Assembly (NCBI GenBank): GCA_963729895.1
Contig: CAVSQB010000039.1
Span: 1-31,964 of the forward strand
Length of the DNA: 31,964 nt
Direction: 5' to 3'
Source of the DNA: an uncultured Fibrobacterota bacterium
GTDB taxonomy: Bacteria; Fibrobacterota; Chitinivibrionia; Chitinivibrionales; FEN-1185
The position numbers and the translations under genes are program-made. The notes under the pieces were generated by a model. The model saw nothing but the letters and a program-made list of their open reading frames with translations. It was not told the origin of the DNA and did not search any database. Shown here in pieces: positions 14,889-27,559 of this stretch (the stretch's first letter is position 1; each line of letters opens with the position of its first letter).

Positions 14889-17150
14889 TCAAAATCCTTT
14901 TCCCAACTGGAACCCGAATTCGAAACCGTGGATTCTTGTCCCGAAATGTTCGTACTGGCTCGGTTCGCGGAGTCCCCAGCCGAAATCGAAGCCCAAAAGC
15001 CCGAGCATGGGCACGTCGAGCCTGAGCCCGAATCCAACGCCGGGATACAAATCTTCAAGAGAAACCTGCGACAGGCTCCCCCACGTGTTGCCCGCGTCCC
15101 CGAACATTGACAGGTACAGCGTCTGTTCGAGAATCGGAAACCGTATCTCGCTTGACAGCGCAAGAAGCGCGACCCCGTTCTGCGGGTTGTTCACGTAGCC
15201 GAAGGTCCGCTCCTTGTAGCCGCGGATAACGCCGTCGGTGAGCCACGACCCGCCCGCGCTCCACGCGTCGAAGCGGGACATTTCCATTTGGCCGGACCCG
15301 TCCAGCGAGCTGATGAGGCCGAAATTCGATTTCGTGCACAGCACGAATTTCCAGAACAGAGGAAAATACCAATCGTAGGTGAGCTGGGACTTGAGGTACC
15401 GGTAGTCGCCGCCAAGACCGGAGATCCCGGGAGAAATCGTGAGGCGCGATCCTTGGCTCGGAAATTTGGGCATGTCGGTGTCGTCGCGGAACAGGGAAAG
15501 GGTCACCTTGCTCATGATGCCCTTGGGCCTGAGATGAACGCCGTTGGGGAAGAGAGTGCTTGTGGTATCGTTTTCCTGCTTCCAGGCGAGATCGTAGGCC
15601 ACCGACGCGGAAAAGTAATCGTCGGGCCATTTGAGTCTGCGCCCCGCGCTTCCCGAAAACCCGTACTGGGTCTGCTCGCCGTAATAGTTTGTTTTCTGGT
15701 AATAGATGCTCCCGCTCAGCGATGTGGGAGTGTTGAACGCCCAAGGTTCCGTGAACCCGATGGATACGTCCTGGCGGTTCTGGCCGTACTCGAAGTTCAG
15801 GTCGAGTTTCTGCCCGGCGCCGCGGAAGTTGGGGATCGACGTGGTGAAGGTCCCCATCATACCGTCCGCCTCGGAGTAGGATGCGCCGAGCGACAACTGG
15901 CCGATGTTGTCCTTTTCGGCAATGTTGAACTCGAGGTCGACCGTGCCGTCTTCGTTGGGATGCAGGTCCGGTTTCACGTTGCTGAAGAAATTGAGCTGGT
16001 ATATGTCTCGGACGCTCCTCATCATGAGCGACTGCTTATATTTCTGGCCGGGCATTATCTTCATTTCCCGGCGTATCACCTTTTCCTTGGTCTTCATGTT
16101 TCCCGTGATGTCGATCTTCCGCACGATGGCCGGCTTCCCCTCGGTGATGTCGAACGTGACATCCACGGTGTCACCGCGGAACGACTGTCGGTCGCGCACC
16201 TGCACCCAGAGATATCCTTCCTCGCGATAGGAATTGACCACGAACTCCTTGGTCGCCTCAAACTTGCTTTTCTGAAAAGGTTTGCCCTTCTTCATGAGGA
16301 TCGTGCTGGTGAGCGTGCTCGTCTCGATCACCTTGTTGCCGGAAAAGAAAAAGTCGCCCGTCATGAACTTCCTGCCTTCGGAAACCTCCACTAAAATATA
16401 CAGGTCTTTCTTGTTTGAGCCGTACCAGAGGCTGTCGCGGACCACTCGGGCGTCCATATACCCCTGATCGTTGTAAAACAGCATGAGGGAATCCAGGTCG
16501 TCCTTGTATTTGTCTTCGTCGAAGTCGCCTCCCCAGAAGAATTGCCGCTCTTTTGTCTTGAAGGTCCATTTGAGCTTGCCTTCCTTGAAGGCGGAGTTCC
16601 CCTTGAACATGATTTTTTTGATCACCACCTTGGGACCTTCGCTGAACTTGAACTTGACCAGCACGTTGCCCGGGATCTTGGTGGGAATGGTCTCGGTCTT
16701 GACATCCGCAAGCAGGTAGCCCTTCTGCGAATACAGCTTCTTGCAGATGAGCGCGTTTTCGAACAGGAGCGCGTCGCTGCACGACGAGCCTTTTTTTATG
16801 GTCATCTTCTCCTCGAGGTCCTTCTTGGGAATCTTCTTGTTTCCGGAGAATTCGATGACCTCCACCGTGGGATTCTCGGTCACCGTGAGCAGGAGGGATG
16901 CGGACGAGTCGTTCTCCTTTGTCACATAGAAATTGATGGTCTTGAAGTACCCCAGCTTGTACAGGTTCTTGATGGCCTGCTGAACGTCCTGGGGGGTAAA
17001 ATCGGCGTTTTCCCGCAGACCGATGCTGTTCCGTATCAGCGACGACTGTTGAACCGCCAGTCCCTGGATGATGAGCGTGTCGAGCACTTTTGCCCCGGCA
17101 AGCGAAAAGGCAACGATTGTGAGGAGCAGCACGCGATGACAATGCTTCAT
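14889..17150 (-). CDS. bamA: Outer membrane protein assembly factor BamA
   Basis: Five POTRA-like repeats (GNxK...Y...GY), NFRGAGQ, FTEPW, IRGY loop motif, C-terminal FQLGKGF. Start taken as ATG 17150 (ORF track opens at 17168). Confidence 0.95.
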   Translation of the reverse strand: MKHCHRVLLLTIVAFSLAGAKVLDTLIIQGLAVQQSSLIRNSIGLRENADFTPQDVQQAIKNLYKLGYFKTINFYVTKENDSSASLLLTVTENPTVEVIEFSGNKKIPKKDLEEKMTIKKGSSCSDALLFENALICKKLYSQKGYLLADVKTETIPTKIPGNVLVKFKFSEGPKVVIKKIMFKGNSAFKEGKLKWTFKTKERQFFWGGDFDEDKYKDDLDSLMLFYNDQGYMDARVVRDSLWYGSNKKDLYILVEVSEGRKFMTGDFFFSGNKVIETSTLTSTILMKKGKPFQKSKFEATKEFVVNSYREEGYLWVQVRDRQSFRGDTVDVTFDITEGKPAIVRKIDITGNMKTKEKVIRREMKIMPGQKYKQSLMMRSVRDIYQLNFFSNVKPDLHPNEDGTVDLEFNIAEKDNIGQLSLGASYSEADGMMGTFTTSIPNFRGAGQKLDLNFEYGQNRQDVSIGFTEPWAFNTPTSLSGSIYYQKTNYYGEQTQYGFSGSAGRRLKWPDDYFSASVAYDLAWKQENDTTSTLFPNGVHLRPKGIMSKVTLSLFRDDTDMPKFPSQGSRLTISPGISGLGGDYRYLKSQLTYDWYFPLFWKFVLCTKSNFGLISSLDGSGQMEMSRFDAWSAGGSWLTDGVIRGYKERTFGYVNNPQNGVALLALSSEIRFPILEQTLYLSMFGDAGNTWGSLSQVSLEDLYPGVGFGLRLDVPMLGLLGFDFGWGLREPSQYEHFGTRIHGFEFGFQLGKGF

Positions 17151-17157
17151 GGGTGTC

Positions 17158-20100
17158 CTAGAAATCAAAGAGTTTTCTCAGGTCTTTTATCGGTAATTGC
17201 AGCCACAGATTCACCGTTGGGTTGGCTTCCAGCGACTTGTCTCCTTTGTAAATACCGTAACTGACGTCAAGGAGAATCGGTTGCAGGGGTTGGACTTCAA
17301 ACCCGAGATCGTACTGAGGCCGCAAGACCGTGTCTAGGGGCACCAGTTCCGTTCGCCATTTGAGGAAGACCTTGTCGTATAGTATGTACCGTCCAAGCGT
17401 GACGCCGACGTTTGCAAAAGTGAGGTAATCCCATTTACTCCAATCGAATTGGTGCGCGTAGAGCTTAGTAAAATAATTCGACGCAATGGACGTTTCAACG
17501 TTAATCACGTCGAGGCCGAGCGTTTTGGCAAGGCGCCGCTGCAGGTTCTGCAGCAGCATGCGGTGCAAGTACTGTTCGCCCATTGTCGAAACAAACTGGC
17601 CCGCGCCGCCGATGGAGCCGTACTGTTTTCCCTCGTCGGTGACGAATTGCTTTTCCGATTCCCCGGGAATGGTCTCGATGTCGGCGCCAACCCTGAAATG
17701 GACATCGTAGAGCCTGCCGCGCTCCGACCACGCGCCCGTCGCCGAATCGCGCGTGAGAAGCGTGAGCCTGATGAGGTCGAACCTGCTGGTGTCGGACATC
17801 GCCTGGGCGCTTCCCCAGATGATGGGCGTGTTGTCGTAGCCCTTGCCCGCGCCCAGCGGCTGGGGGACAAAATCGAGACCTACGTCGACATTTCTGTCGA
17901 AGGTCCGCGCGAAAAATACCGATCCCGTGTTCGATCGAAGCGCCCCGAGGATCTGAAAGGTCTTGTCGAGATCGCGGCCCCGCATGGAAAGCACCGATAC
18001 CGGGTCCACGTAACATTCCACGAACCGCATCAGCTTTCTGTTTTTCCCGGTGTCGTAATAATACATCACTTTGCGGTTGCCTACGCGCATGTCAAGGTTC
18101 CACGTGATATAAGGGAACGGATCGAATTTGACGTGGGTTTCAACATTGTCGAGCAGTGGGAACGTGATGTCGGACGAACGCATGAGCCAGGTGCCGGTTA
18201 TGCAGAGGCGGTCGAGGGGGCCCGACAGCGCGAATTCCGGAAACGGCGCCTTGGCGTCGAATTCGACGTCGGCCACGGCGCCGATTTCCATGAGGCCGGG
18301 CACATGAACGTCCACCCCGCGCTTCGGCGTGCTCACCAGCAAGACCCCCAAATCCAGGAACCCGAGGGTGATCGGCTCGAATCGCGGCGGGATCGTGTGC
18401 GTGGAATGGATCCTCACCGGCCGGCGGCCCACGGTGCCGCTCATCACCGTGGTGATCCCGGCGGTGGTGAACGTATTGTCTTCCCCGGAATCGGCGGTGG
18501 CGGCCGCGGCGTTGTCGAGCGTCATGCGCAGGGAAAAATCTTTGATCTCCTCGGGCACATAGGGCATCACGCGCACGACGCCGCGCGGGATTAGGACGGA
18601 AGCCTTTGTCAACCGCATGTTTTCGCGCGTGCCCCGCAGGGCCGCCTCGATTGTCCCGGCGCCGTGTCCTGAGACGGGAAAGCCAAGCGGCACGCCCGCA
18701 TTGTGTTCCACCGACGCGACCAGGTCGCCGCTTATCACCGCCTGCGCGTCGAGCGTATCGCTTTCGCCCTCTTCGTTTGCGATAACGCTCCAGGGAACAA
18801 AACCGCTTGCCGCGATCTTCACCCGAAGCGAATCTTCGGCGGAAAACGAATGGACAAATATTCCCTTTCCGTCGACAGTCGCCGACGCCCGAATCCGGCT
18901 GAGCCGCCAGGCGTCGAGCGTTATCCCGTCGGAATGCAGTGTGACGGCCGCGGCCGCGCCCGAACGCGTCGAGGAGAATTCGCCGGAAACGGTCCCGTGC
19001 AAATCGTGGTCTTCTTTCGTGAAATCCTCGGGAAGCGCCGGGCCGAACAGCGTCCACGCTCCAACATCTCTCAGCGTTCCGGAGTACCGCAGCCCGTTCT
19101 TGTTTGTCACGGTGTCCACGGCCGCGAGCGGGGCGCCGTTCTGGCGTACCACGAACGGGAACACGGTGAACACCGTGTCGCGGGTCTGGATAACCGCGTC
19201 GGTTTCAACGGCCGTAAGAACGCCGAAGGCGCCCCCGCGCAGGTGCAGCTCGGAATCGGTGCGAACCCGGTCCAGGCCGCCCGTTATCCGCGTGGCGCCG
19301 GACAGGGTCCCGGCCGAAACCGGCAGCTTGCCATTAAAGAAAAGCCTGTTGAGCGCTGCGATGGGCATGCTTTGGCACCGAACGGTCATGTCGATTCCAG
19401 GGGCGGCATTGCCGAAACGCACCAGGCCGCTGCCCCGGATGCCGGTGAGCGCCACGAGGGAATCGATGCGGAGCGAATCGCCGCACACGCTTCCCTGGCC
19501 GCGAAGGGGAATCAGGCTGTCGGCCATTGCCAGGTTGCGCTGGGATATCTGCCACCGCACGGACCTGTCTTGTTCGGCCTTGTCGATTTGCACGTCCAGG
19601 CCGCCGTGAATGCGCGGAATTGCGCTGGCCGGACGCAGTGCAATTTCGGCTTGGCCCCGGGCCAGAAACGCCTTTGCGGTGCCCTTGAACATCATCACAG
19701 CCCGGGCGGAATCGACGTTTCGCGCAAGATCCGGCTGAAGCCGGGCAATGCAATCGGTGATGAGCCGGGGGCCCGCGGCGGCATTGCACGCCACAATGGG
19801 CGACGCGCCCGTAAGACTGTCCAGGATGCCGGTAACGGAAAAATAGGCGCCGTTGCCCGGCATGCTTGAAAACGAAAGTCCCTTGCCGTCCGACGTGGTG
19901 ATCCGCACCTCGGGAGCGCCGAGGTTGATGCCGTTGAAGGCAAGCGACCGGCTGCGTGCCGAAGCGTCGACCAAGTAGGTGCCGCCAAGCCCTCGAATCG
20001 TGCCCTCCACGGCAAGCTGGCCGTGCAGCGCCGGAATATTTTTCAGTGAATCAAGAGAGGCCTTGAATGAAACGGAATAGGCGACCGGCTCCTTCTCGAA

Positions 20101-21345
20101 CGTAGCGATTCCGGATGCCTGGACCTTGAGCGCGGGTCCGCGCACGGTAAGCGAATCCACGTTCACCTGCGCGGCGTCGAAGCTGCCCTGACAGCCGGCC
20201 GAGGTCAGCGTGAATCCGAATATGCACGGCCCGCCCGCGGTTATAGAGAACCGTTTGGCCGCCTCGTGCCTGCGCTTTGACAGTTTTGCCTCCGCCCAGA
20301 CGGCGCCCGAGACGTTCTTTACAAAGGAAGAAGAGAGGCCGGTGAACGCATCCGGCCGGATGCCCGCGGCGTGCACGACAACGCTGCTTTCGTTGCTGTC
20401 GACATCCGCGAGGTCCCACACGCCTTTCCCCGAAACGATGCCTCCCCCGGTTTCGCACCTGAGAGAATCGAGACGCACGGTGGTATTCGACAACGCAACG
20501 GACATGTCGATTGACGTAATAGGAACGCTGTACCCGGCAATGCCGCAGGTGCCGCGGGACACGTGAAGCCACCCGTTGGATTCAAGCGTTTCCGCCGTGA
20601 GGGAATCGGGGAACGAAAACTCAAATACGCCGTCGAACAGCCCGCCGCTAACGGTGGCCCCGCGAAAGGCCAGGGGACGCTGTATCTGCGCTTTGTCGAG
20701 CCGCAGCGACACCCGGTGCCGGCCGCCTGTTTTGGAAAACGATGCCGATACAAAAAGGTTCTTGCGGTTGGACGCCATGGTTCCGCGCAAATCCATCATC
20801 AAAGCGCGCTCCTCGTCCCAGACCCTGCCGGCAAGTTCCTCGCCCAGGACCACACTGCCACCCGTGGGGGTGGTAAGCGTCACTGCGCCCCTGCGCACCA
20901 GGAGGTACCCGACGGGAAAATTCCTGAACAGGGAGAAGAGCCTCCCGCTTTCCGCCGTGGACGGCTGCGGTTGCTGCGCGGGAACATTCTGCGCAAGGCG
21001 GATATCGAGTAACGGCGAGATCAGGATGATCTTACTGATGCTCTTTCCGAAATCGCCATGGGTCCGGATGAGTTTCCACAGGGAGAAGGCCACTTGGATG
21101 TCACGGATGCCTATGTTGAAGGAGTGCATGGAAAGCGAAGCGGAAATGTTCTGCAGGTAGACGGAGAAGAACCCGAGCCGCACGCGCCCCACCGAAAACT
21201 CGCCCCCTGTCGATGCGGACAGGCGTTGGACCAGGATGCGCTCGATGTTTCTGCCTTTCTCCAGGCGACGCACGCCCAGAACTATCCCTGCCGCGGCGGC
21301 GAGCAGGCACAGGCTTACGACAATCACCCACTTACGTGGTTTCAT
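17158..21345 (-). CDS. Large AsmA/TamB-like protein with N-terminal membrane anchor
   Basis: 1395 aa, N-terminal hydrophobic helix, amphipathic beta-strand-rich body, directly upstream of bamA; family is inferred from architecture and context. Confidence 0.6.
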   Translation of the reverse strand: MKPRKWVIVVSLCLLAAAAGIVLGVRRLEKGRNIERILVQRLSASTGGEFSVGRVRLGFFSVYLQNISASLSMHSFNIGIRDIQVAFSLWKLIRTHGDFGKSISKIILISPLLDIRLAQNVPAQQPQPSTAESGRLFSLFRNFPVGYLLVRRGAVTLTTPTGGSVVLGEELAGRVWDEERALMMDLRGTMASNRKNLFVSASFSKTGGRHRVSLRLDKAQIQRPLAFRGATVSGGLFDGVFEFSFPDSLTAETLESNGWLHVSRGTCGIAGYSVPITSIDMSVALSNTTVRLDSLRCETGGGIVSGKGVWDLADVDSNESSVVVHAAGIRPDAFTGLSSSFVKNVSGAVWAEAKLSKRRHEAAKRFSITAGGPCIFGFTLTSAGCQGSFDAAQVNVDSLTVRGPALKVQASGIATFEKEPVAYSVSFKASLDSLKNIPALHGQLAVEGTIRGLGGTYLVDASARSRSLAFNGINLGAPEVRITTSDGKGLSFSSMPGNGAYFSVTGILDSLTGASPIVACNAAAGPRLITDCIARLQPDLARNVDSARAVMMFKGTAKAFLARGQAEIALRPASAIPRIHGGLDVQIDKAEQDRSVRWQISQRNLAMADSLIPLRGQGSVCGDSLRIDSLVALTGIRGSGLVRFGNAAPGIDMTVRCQSMPIAALNRLFFNGKLPVSAGTLSGATRITGGLDRVRTDSELHLRGGAFGVLTAVETDAVIQTRDTVFTVFPFVVRQNGAPLAAVDTVTNKNGLRYSGTLRDVGAWTLFGPALPEDFTKEDHDLHGTVSGEFSSTRSGAAAAVTLHSDGITLDAWRLSRIRASATVDGKGIFVHSFSAEDSLRVKIAASGFVPWSVIANEEGESDTLDAQAVISGDLVASVEHNAGVPLGFPVSGHGAGTIEAALRGTRENMRLTKASVLIPRGVVRVMPYVPEEIKDFSLRMTLDNAAAATADSGEDNTFTTAGITTVMSGTVGRRPVRIHSTHTIPPRFEPITLGFLDLGVLLVSTPKRGVDVHVPGLMEIGAVADVEFDAKAPFPEFALSGPLDRLCITGTWLMRSSDITFPLLDNVETHVKFDPFPYITWNLDMRVGNRKVMYYYDTGKNRKLMRFVECYVDPVSVLSMRGRDLDKTFQILGALRSNTGSVFFARTFDRNVDVGLDFVPQPLGAGKGYDNTPIIWGSAQAMSDTSRFDLIRLTLLTRDSATGAWSERGRLYDVHFRVGADIETIPGESEKQFVTDEGKQYGSIGGAGQFVSTMGEQYLHRMLLQNLQRRLAKTLGLDVINVETSIASNYFTKLYAHQFDWSKWDYLTFANVGVTLGRYILYDKVFLKWRTELVPLDTVLRPQYDLGFEVQPLQPILLDVSYGIYKGDKSLEANPTVNLWLQLPIKDLRKLFDF

Positions 21346-23773
21346 GTTCCGGGACGGCCTTGGTGAACTCCAGCTGGTCGTTGCCGGCCTCGATCAGAAT
21401 CGTGTCACCGTCCGTAAATCTGTTGTTGAGAAATTCCTCAGCCAGCCTGTCTTCCACGAGCTTCTGGATGGAACGGCGCATGGGACGCGCGCCGAGTATG
21501 GGATCGAAGCCGTGTTCGAGAATGAAGCTCTTTGCGGCGTCGCTCACCCGGAGTACAACGGTGCGTTCGTTGAGTTTCTCCTGCACCTCGCCGAGCTGGA
21601 TGTCCACGATCTTGGCTATTTCCTCTTTGCCAAGCGGATTGAACACGATGGTGTCGTCGACGCGGTTGAGAAATTCGGGGTTGAAGATCCGCTTGAGCTC
21701 ATCCATCACTTTCGACTTCATCGATTCGTAGTCGGACACGTCGGTGCTTTTGCCGAACCCCAGGCTGCCGGTCTTGCGCACGTCGCGCGTGCCGGCGTTG
21801 GAGGTCATGATGATGATGGTGTTCTTGAAATTGACGTGCCGGCCGTAGGAATCGGTGAGCAGGCCGTCGTCGAGGATCTGCAGCAGGATGTTGAACACGT
21901 CCGGATGCGCCTTCTCTATTTCGTCAAGCAGGATCACCGCGTAGGGCTTCTTGCGGATCTTTTCGCTCAATTGGCCGCCCTCTTCGTAGCCCACGTAGCC
22001 GGGAGGCGCACCCACGAGGCGCGACACCGCGAACTTTTCCATGTATTCCGACATGTCGATGCGAACGAGCGCGTCGTCGGAGTTGAACAGGTTTTCCGCG
22101 AGGGCCTTTGCAAGCTCGGTCTTGCCCACGCCCGTGGGCCCCAGGAAGATGAACGACGCGATGGGCCGCCGCGCGTTATGCAGGCCGGCGCGCGAGCGGC
22201 GGATGCTTTTGGCCACGGCCTCGAGCGCCTTGTCCTGGCCCACCACGCGCTTGCGCAGCTCGTCTTCGAGGTGGAGCAGTTTCTTGGACTCCTCCTCCTC
22301 AAGCCGCGACAGCGGGATGCCGGTCATGGTGGCGATCACCTCAATGATGGTAGGCTCGTCCACCAGAAGGCGTTCCTCCGACTTCGACTTCCGCCAGAGC
22401 GCTTTCTTTTCGAGAAGCGTTTCCTTGAGCTTTTCCTGTTTGTCGCGCAGCTTTGCCGCCTTTTCGAATTCCTGGTGCTCCACCGCTTTTTCCTTCTCCT
22501 TCACCACGTCGGTGATCTCCAGCTCCATCTGGCGGATCTCGGGCGGGATCTCCATGCTCGACAGCCGCTTGCGCGCGCCCGCCTCGTCGATGACGTCGAT
22601 GGCCTTGTCGGGATGGAAGCGGTCCGATATGTAGCGTTCGGCAAGCTTGACGGCGACTTCGATTGCTTTATCGGAATACGTCACCTTGTGGTGGTCTTCG
22701 TACCGGTGGCGCAGGCCCAGGAGGATCTGGACGGTTTCGGCCGTGCTCGGCGGGTTCACCATGATGGTCTGAAATCGCCGGGCGAGCGCGCCGTCTTTCT
22801 CTATGTACTTTCTGTATTCGTCAAGCGTCGTCGCGCCCACGCACTGGATCTCGCCCCGGGACAGCGCGGGCTTGAAAATGTTGGAGGCGTCGAGGCTTCC
22901 TTCGGAGCCGCCCGCGCCCACGATGGTGTGCAATTCGTCTATGAAAATGATGATGTTCTCGTTCTTCTGCAATTCCACCATGAGGGCCTTGAGCCGCTCT
23001 TCAAACTGGCCGCGGTACTTTGTGCCTGCGACGATGGAGGCCATGTCGAGGTTTATCACGCGCTTGTTTTCGAGCACCTGCGGGATGTTTTTCTCAACGA
23101 TTTTCTGCGCGAGCCCTTCCACAATCGCCGTCTTGCCGATGCCGGGTTCGCCGATGAGCACCGGGTTGTTCTTCTTGCGTCGGCTGAGGATCTGCACCAC
23201 GCGCTCGATTTCCTTCTCCCTGCCGATGACCGGGTCAAGCTTGCCTTCCCGGGCAAGGCTCGTGAGATCCCTGCCGAAATGATCGAGGAACGGCGTCTTG
23301 CTCTTTTCCTTCGGCGCGCCCACGGTTTCGCCGCCGCGCAGCACCCTGCTTATCTCCTCCTTGACGCGGTCGTATTCCAGCCCCGCGGATGCAAGCGCGT
23401 TGGACGCGGTGGACTCGGTGTCCTTCATGAGCGCCAGCAGCAGGTGCTCGGTGCCGATGTACTTGTGCGACATGGACCGGGCTTCGTTTGCGGCAATCTC
23501 GAGCACCTTTTTCGCCCGGGGGGTAAACGGCAGCATCTGGCCAATGGTCATCATGCCGCCGGTGGACGTGATTGCCTTTTCGATGTTCGCTGCGAGTTCG
23601 TCGAGGTCGACGCTCATGCTGCGCAACACCGCAACGGCCACGCCGTCGCCCTCTTTGATGAGGCCCAGAAGCAGATGCTCGGTCCCCACGTAATCGTTGC
23701 CCAGCCGGACCGCTTCCTCACGCGCGATCTGCATGACTTTCTTCACTCTGTCGGTAAACATTCCATTAACCAT
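21332..23773 (-). CDS. clpC: ATP-dependent Clp protease ATP-binding subunit ClpC
   Basis: Two Clp-N repeats (GTEHLLL), Walker A GEPGIGKT and GPTGVGKT, short UVR-type middle domain ([11 protein letters not shown]), LGF ClpP-docking loop. Confidence 0.95.
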   Translation of the reverse strand: MVNGMFTDRVKKVMQIAREEAVRLGNDYVGTEHLLLGLIKEGDGVAVAVLRSMSVDLDELAANIEKAITSTGGMMTIGQMLPFTPRAKKVLEIAANEARSMSHKYIGTEHLLLALMKDTESTASNALASAGLEYDRVKEEISRVLRGGETVGAPKEKSKTPFLDHFGRDLTSLAREGKLDPVIGREKEIERVVQILSRRKKNNPVLIGEPGIGKTAIVEGLAQKIVEKNIPQVLENKRVINLDMASIVAGTKYRGQFEERLKALMVELQKNENIIIFIDELHTIVGAGGSEGSLDASNIFKPALSRGEIQCVGATTLDEYRKYIEKDGALARRFQTIMVNPPSTAETVQILLGLRHRYEDHHKVTYSDKAIEVAVKLAERYISDRFHPDKAIDVIDEAGARKRLSSMEIPPEIRQMELEITDVVKEKEKAVEHQEFEKAAKLRDKQEKLKETLLEKKALWRKSKSEERLLVDEPTIIEVIATMTGIPLSRLEEEESKKLLHLEDELRKRVVGQDKALEAVAKSIRRSRAGLHNARRPIASFIFLGPTGVGKTELAKALAENLFNSDDALVRIDMSEYMEKFAVSRLVGAPPGYVGYEEGGQLSEKIRKKPYAVILLDEIEKAHPDVFNILLQILDDGLLTDSYGRHVNFKNTIIIMTSNAGTRDVRKTGSLGFGKSTDVSDYESMKSKVMDELKRIFNPEFLNRVDDTIVFNPLGKEEIAKIVDIQLGEVQEKLNERTVVLRVSDAAKSFILEHGFDPILGARPMRRSIQKLVEDRLAEEFLNNRFTDGDTILIEAGNDQLEFTKAVPEHETT

Positions 23774-23927
23774 GTATTCTTTTATCCTTTTTTGCCTTGA
23801 ATGTTGGACTGATTTGCCCGTTCGGTTGTTTCACTATAGGAAAATAATTTGGGCCATTCTTGGGATTTCGTGCGGGGATGGTTTTTATTTGACTTGGAGG
23901 CCAAGTTGGATTTCAAGATAGCGAGTT

Positions 23928-24013
23928 GATCAAGAAAATATTATGGTTTGCCGAGCCGGTGCGGCGAATATCAAGATCAAGATAATATTTTTGTGTGCTG
24001 AGCGGGTGCGGCG
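23928..24013. repeat. Imperfect 39-bp direct repeat pair (23928-23966, 23975-24013)
   Basis: gatcaagaaaatattatggtttgccgagccggtgcggcg versus gatcaagataatatttttgtgtgctgagcgggtgcggcg, 33 of 39 identical. Confidence 0.75.
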
Positions 24014-24079
24014 TGGATGTACCCGTGGCAAGCCCGAACTCTCTGCTGCGCGCACCCTAGAAACACCCGATGACAAAAA

Positions 24080-25633
24080 ATTGCAGAACCCGTGTATGCG
24101 AGGAACATCAGGGGATAAGGCAACTGCGGCAATGAAGGAGCGGTTCATCCCCGCGTACGCGGGGAACATTGCGATAAACACCTTGCGCCTCCTCACCCCG
24201 TCGGTTCATCCCCGCGTACGCGGGGAACATCCTTTCACTTTCCCCGCTACTCCGCCTAACGCCGGTTCATCCCCGCGTACGCGGGGAACATTATCGAAAG
24301 CCCAAGCGGAGTACAATAAGATTCGGTTCATCCCCGCGTACGCGGGGAACATCGTGTAGTGCCATTGATGCTCACCCGCGACATCGGTTCATCCCCGCGT
24401 ACGCGGGGAACATAGCAAGGAATGCGTCGCGGATTGTTCCACTTTCGGTTCATCCCCGCGTACGCGGGGAACATCGTCGCACCCAGCCATGTCGTTGAAC
24501 GTGTCACGGTTCATCCCCGCGTACGCGGGGAACATGTGCAATACGCACCATGAAAGAAAAATGTGGACGGTTCATCCCCGCGTACGCGGGGAACATATAT
24601 AAGCGGAGAATGGATTTCTGGGGATTATCGGTTCATCCCCGCGTACGCGGGGAACATCCAATACTCCTCATGATTGGTTTTTGTGTGGTCGGTTCATCCC
24701 CGCGTACGCGGGGAACATTCTTTCTGCTGCTTGAGGATCTGGTCGAAAAACGGTTCATCCCCGCGTACGCGGGGAACATTACACAAAAGCGTATGGCCTT
24801 GACAAAGACGACGGTTCATCCCCGCGTACGCGGGGAACATCGGAAGTTGCGTAGCGTATGCCATTTCGATATCGGTTCATCCCCGCGTACGCGGGGAACA
24901 TAAAAATCGTCTTTCTGATCTTAACGATCATCTCGGTTCATCCCCGCGTACGCGGGGAACATACAAAAAACCGGAGGATATCATGCAGAAACAACGGTTC
25001 ATCCCCGCGTACGCGGGGAACATAGAGCATGATCCACAATGGCGGCTTTCGTGATCGGTTCATCCCCGCGTACGCGGGGAACATTTGTCGGTGGCACGCT
25101 CGGTTACATTCCTGTTCGGTTCATCCCCGCGTACGCGGGGAACATGCGCGCAATGACGCATTCAACCGTTGCGACCGCGGTTCATCCCCGCGTACGCGGG
25201 GAACATTTTTTTAGTATCGTCGATATTGACGGCAAATACGGTTCATCCCCGCGTACGCGGGGAACATTAACAAAAAAACCACCATCTACTCGCCTAATCC
25301 GGTTCATCCCCGCGTACGCGGGGAACATAGAGGTACACCAGACCAGGGTTGACCGTGATGCGGTTCATCCCCGCGTACGCGGGGAACATAGAAAGCAGCG
25401 ATGGCAGATGCGCTTGACAGGCGGTTCATCCCCGCGTACGCGGGGAACATTTGCGCTCACGGTTTTTTCTCATTTTTCAGGGCGGTTCATCCCCGCGTAC
25501 GCGGGGAACATGGATGCTGGCGTATGTGAGCGGCGCGGAGAGGCGGTTCATCCCCGCGTACGCGGGGAACATTTATGGAAAGGACCTTGGAGTCAATCCA
25601 TTCTCGGTTCATCCCCGCGTACGCGGGGAACAT
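24080..25633 (-). CRISPR. Type I-E CRISPR array: 25 identical 29-bp repeats, one degenerate trailer repeat, 25 spacers of 32 bp
   Basis: CGGTTCATCCCCGCGTACGCGGGGAACAT at a strict 61-nt period from 24141 to 25605; degenerate copy at 24080-24108; minus-strand reading ATGTTCCCCGCG...GATGAACCG matches the I-E repeat type. Confidence 0.99.
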
Positions 25634-25793
25634 ACTAATTTTCTTCCCTTTGATTTCAAACGAGATACAAAAATCCAAAAAACCCACCAACTGAAATCCA
25701 ACCCGCTGCAGGCCAGAGAAGCAATTGGCAAAGTGCCCATCTATATTTCGAAATGTCAAAGAACGAGAGCGTGATCCTCGTCCGGACGGAACC
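25634..25793 (-). promoter_or_regulatory. CRISPR leader
   Basis: AT-rich non-coding stretch next to the non-degenerate array end. Minus strand has GTTGGTGG, a T-tract and an AATCAA (partial IHF-like) site near the first repeat, as in I-E leaders. Confidence 0.75.

Positions 25794-27555
<1,762 letters not shown>

Positions 27556-27559
<4 letters not shown>

Noticed and set aside
21236..23800. 854-aa ORF on the + strand
   Set aside because: Antisense shadow of clpC, a common artefact of GC-rich codon usage; no motifs. The same applies to 11585-12859, 6867-8108, 15288-16394, 17449-18594 and 18703-19869.
23780..23930. CtsR or CIRCE heat-shock operator upstream of clpC
   Set aside because: Only a single AGTCAAA-like heptad on the minus strand and no TTAGCACTC-N9-GAGTGCTAA; consensus not met.
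24014..24040. A second degenerate CRISPR repeat (tggatgtacccgtggcaagcccgaact)
   Set aside because: Only weak similarity, needs gaps, and is out of the 61-nt phase.
24109..25604. Self-targeting spacers within this window
   Set aside because: No match to the IS, recombinase or other genes was spotted by eye; a real alignment is needed to exclude it.
23930..25774. Several ORFs with repeating RFIPAYAGN / VHPRVRGEH / GSSPRTRGT peptides
   Set aside because: These are translations of CRISPR repeats, not proteins.
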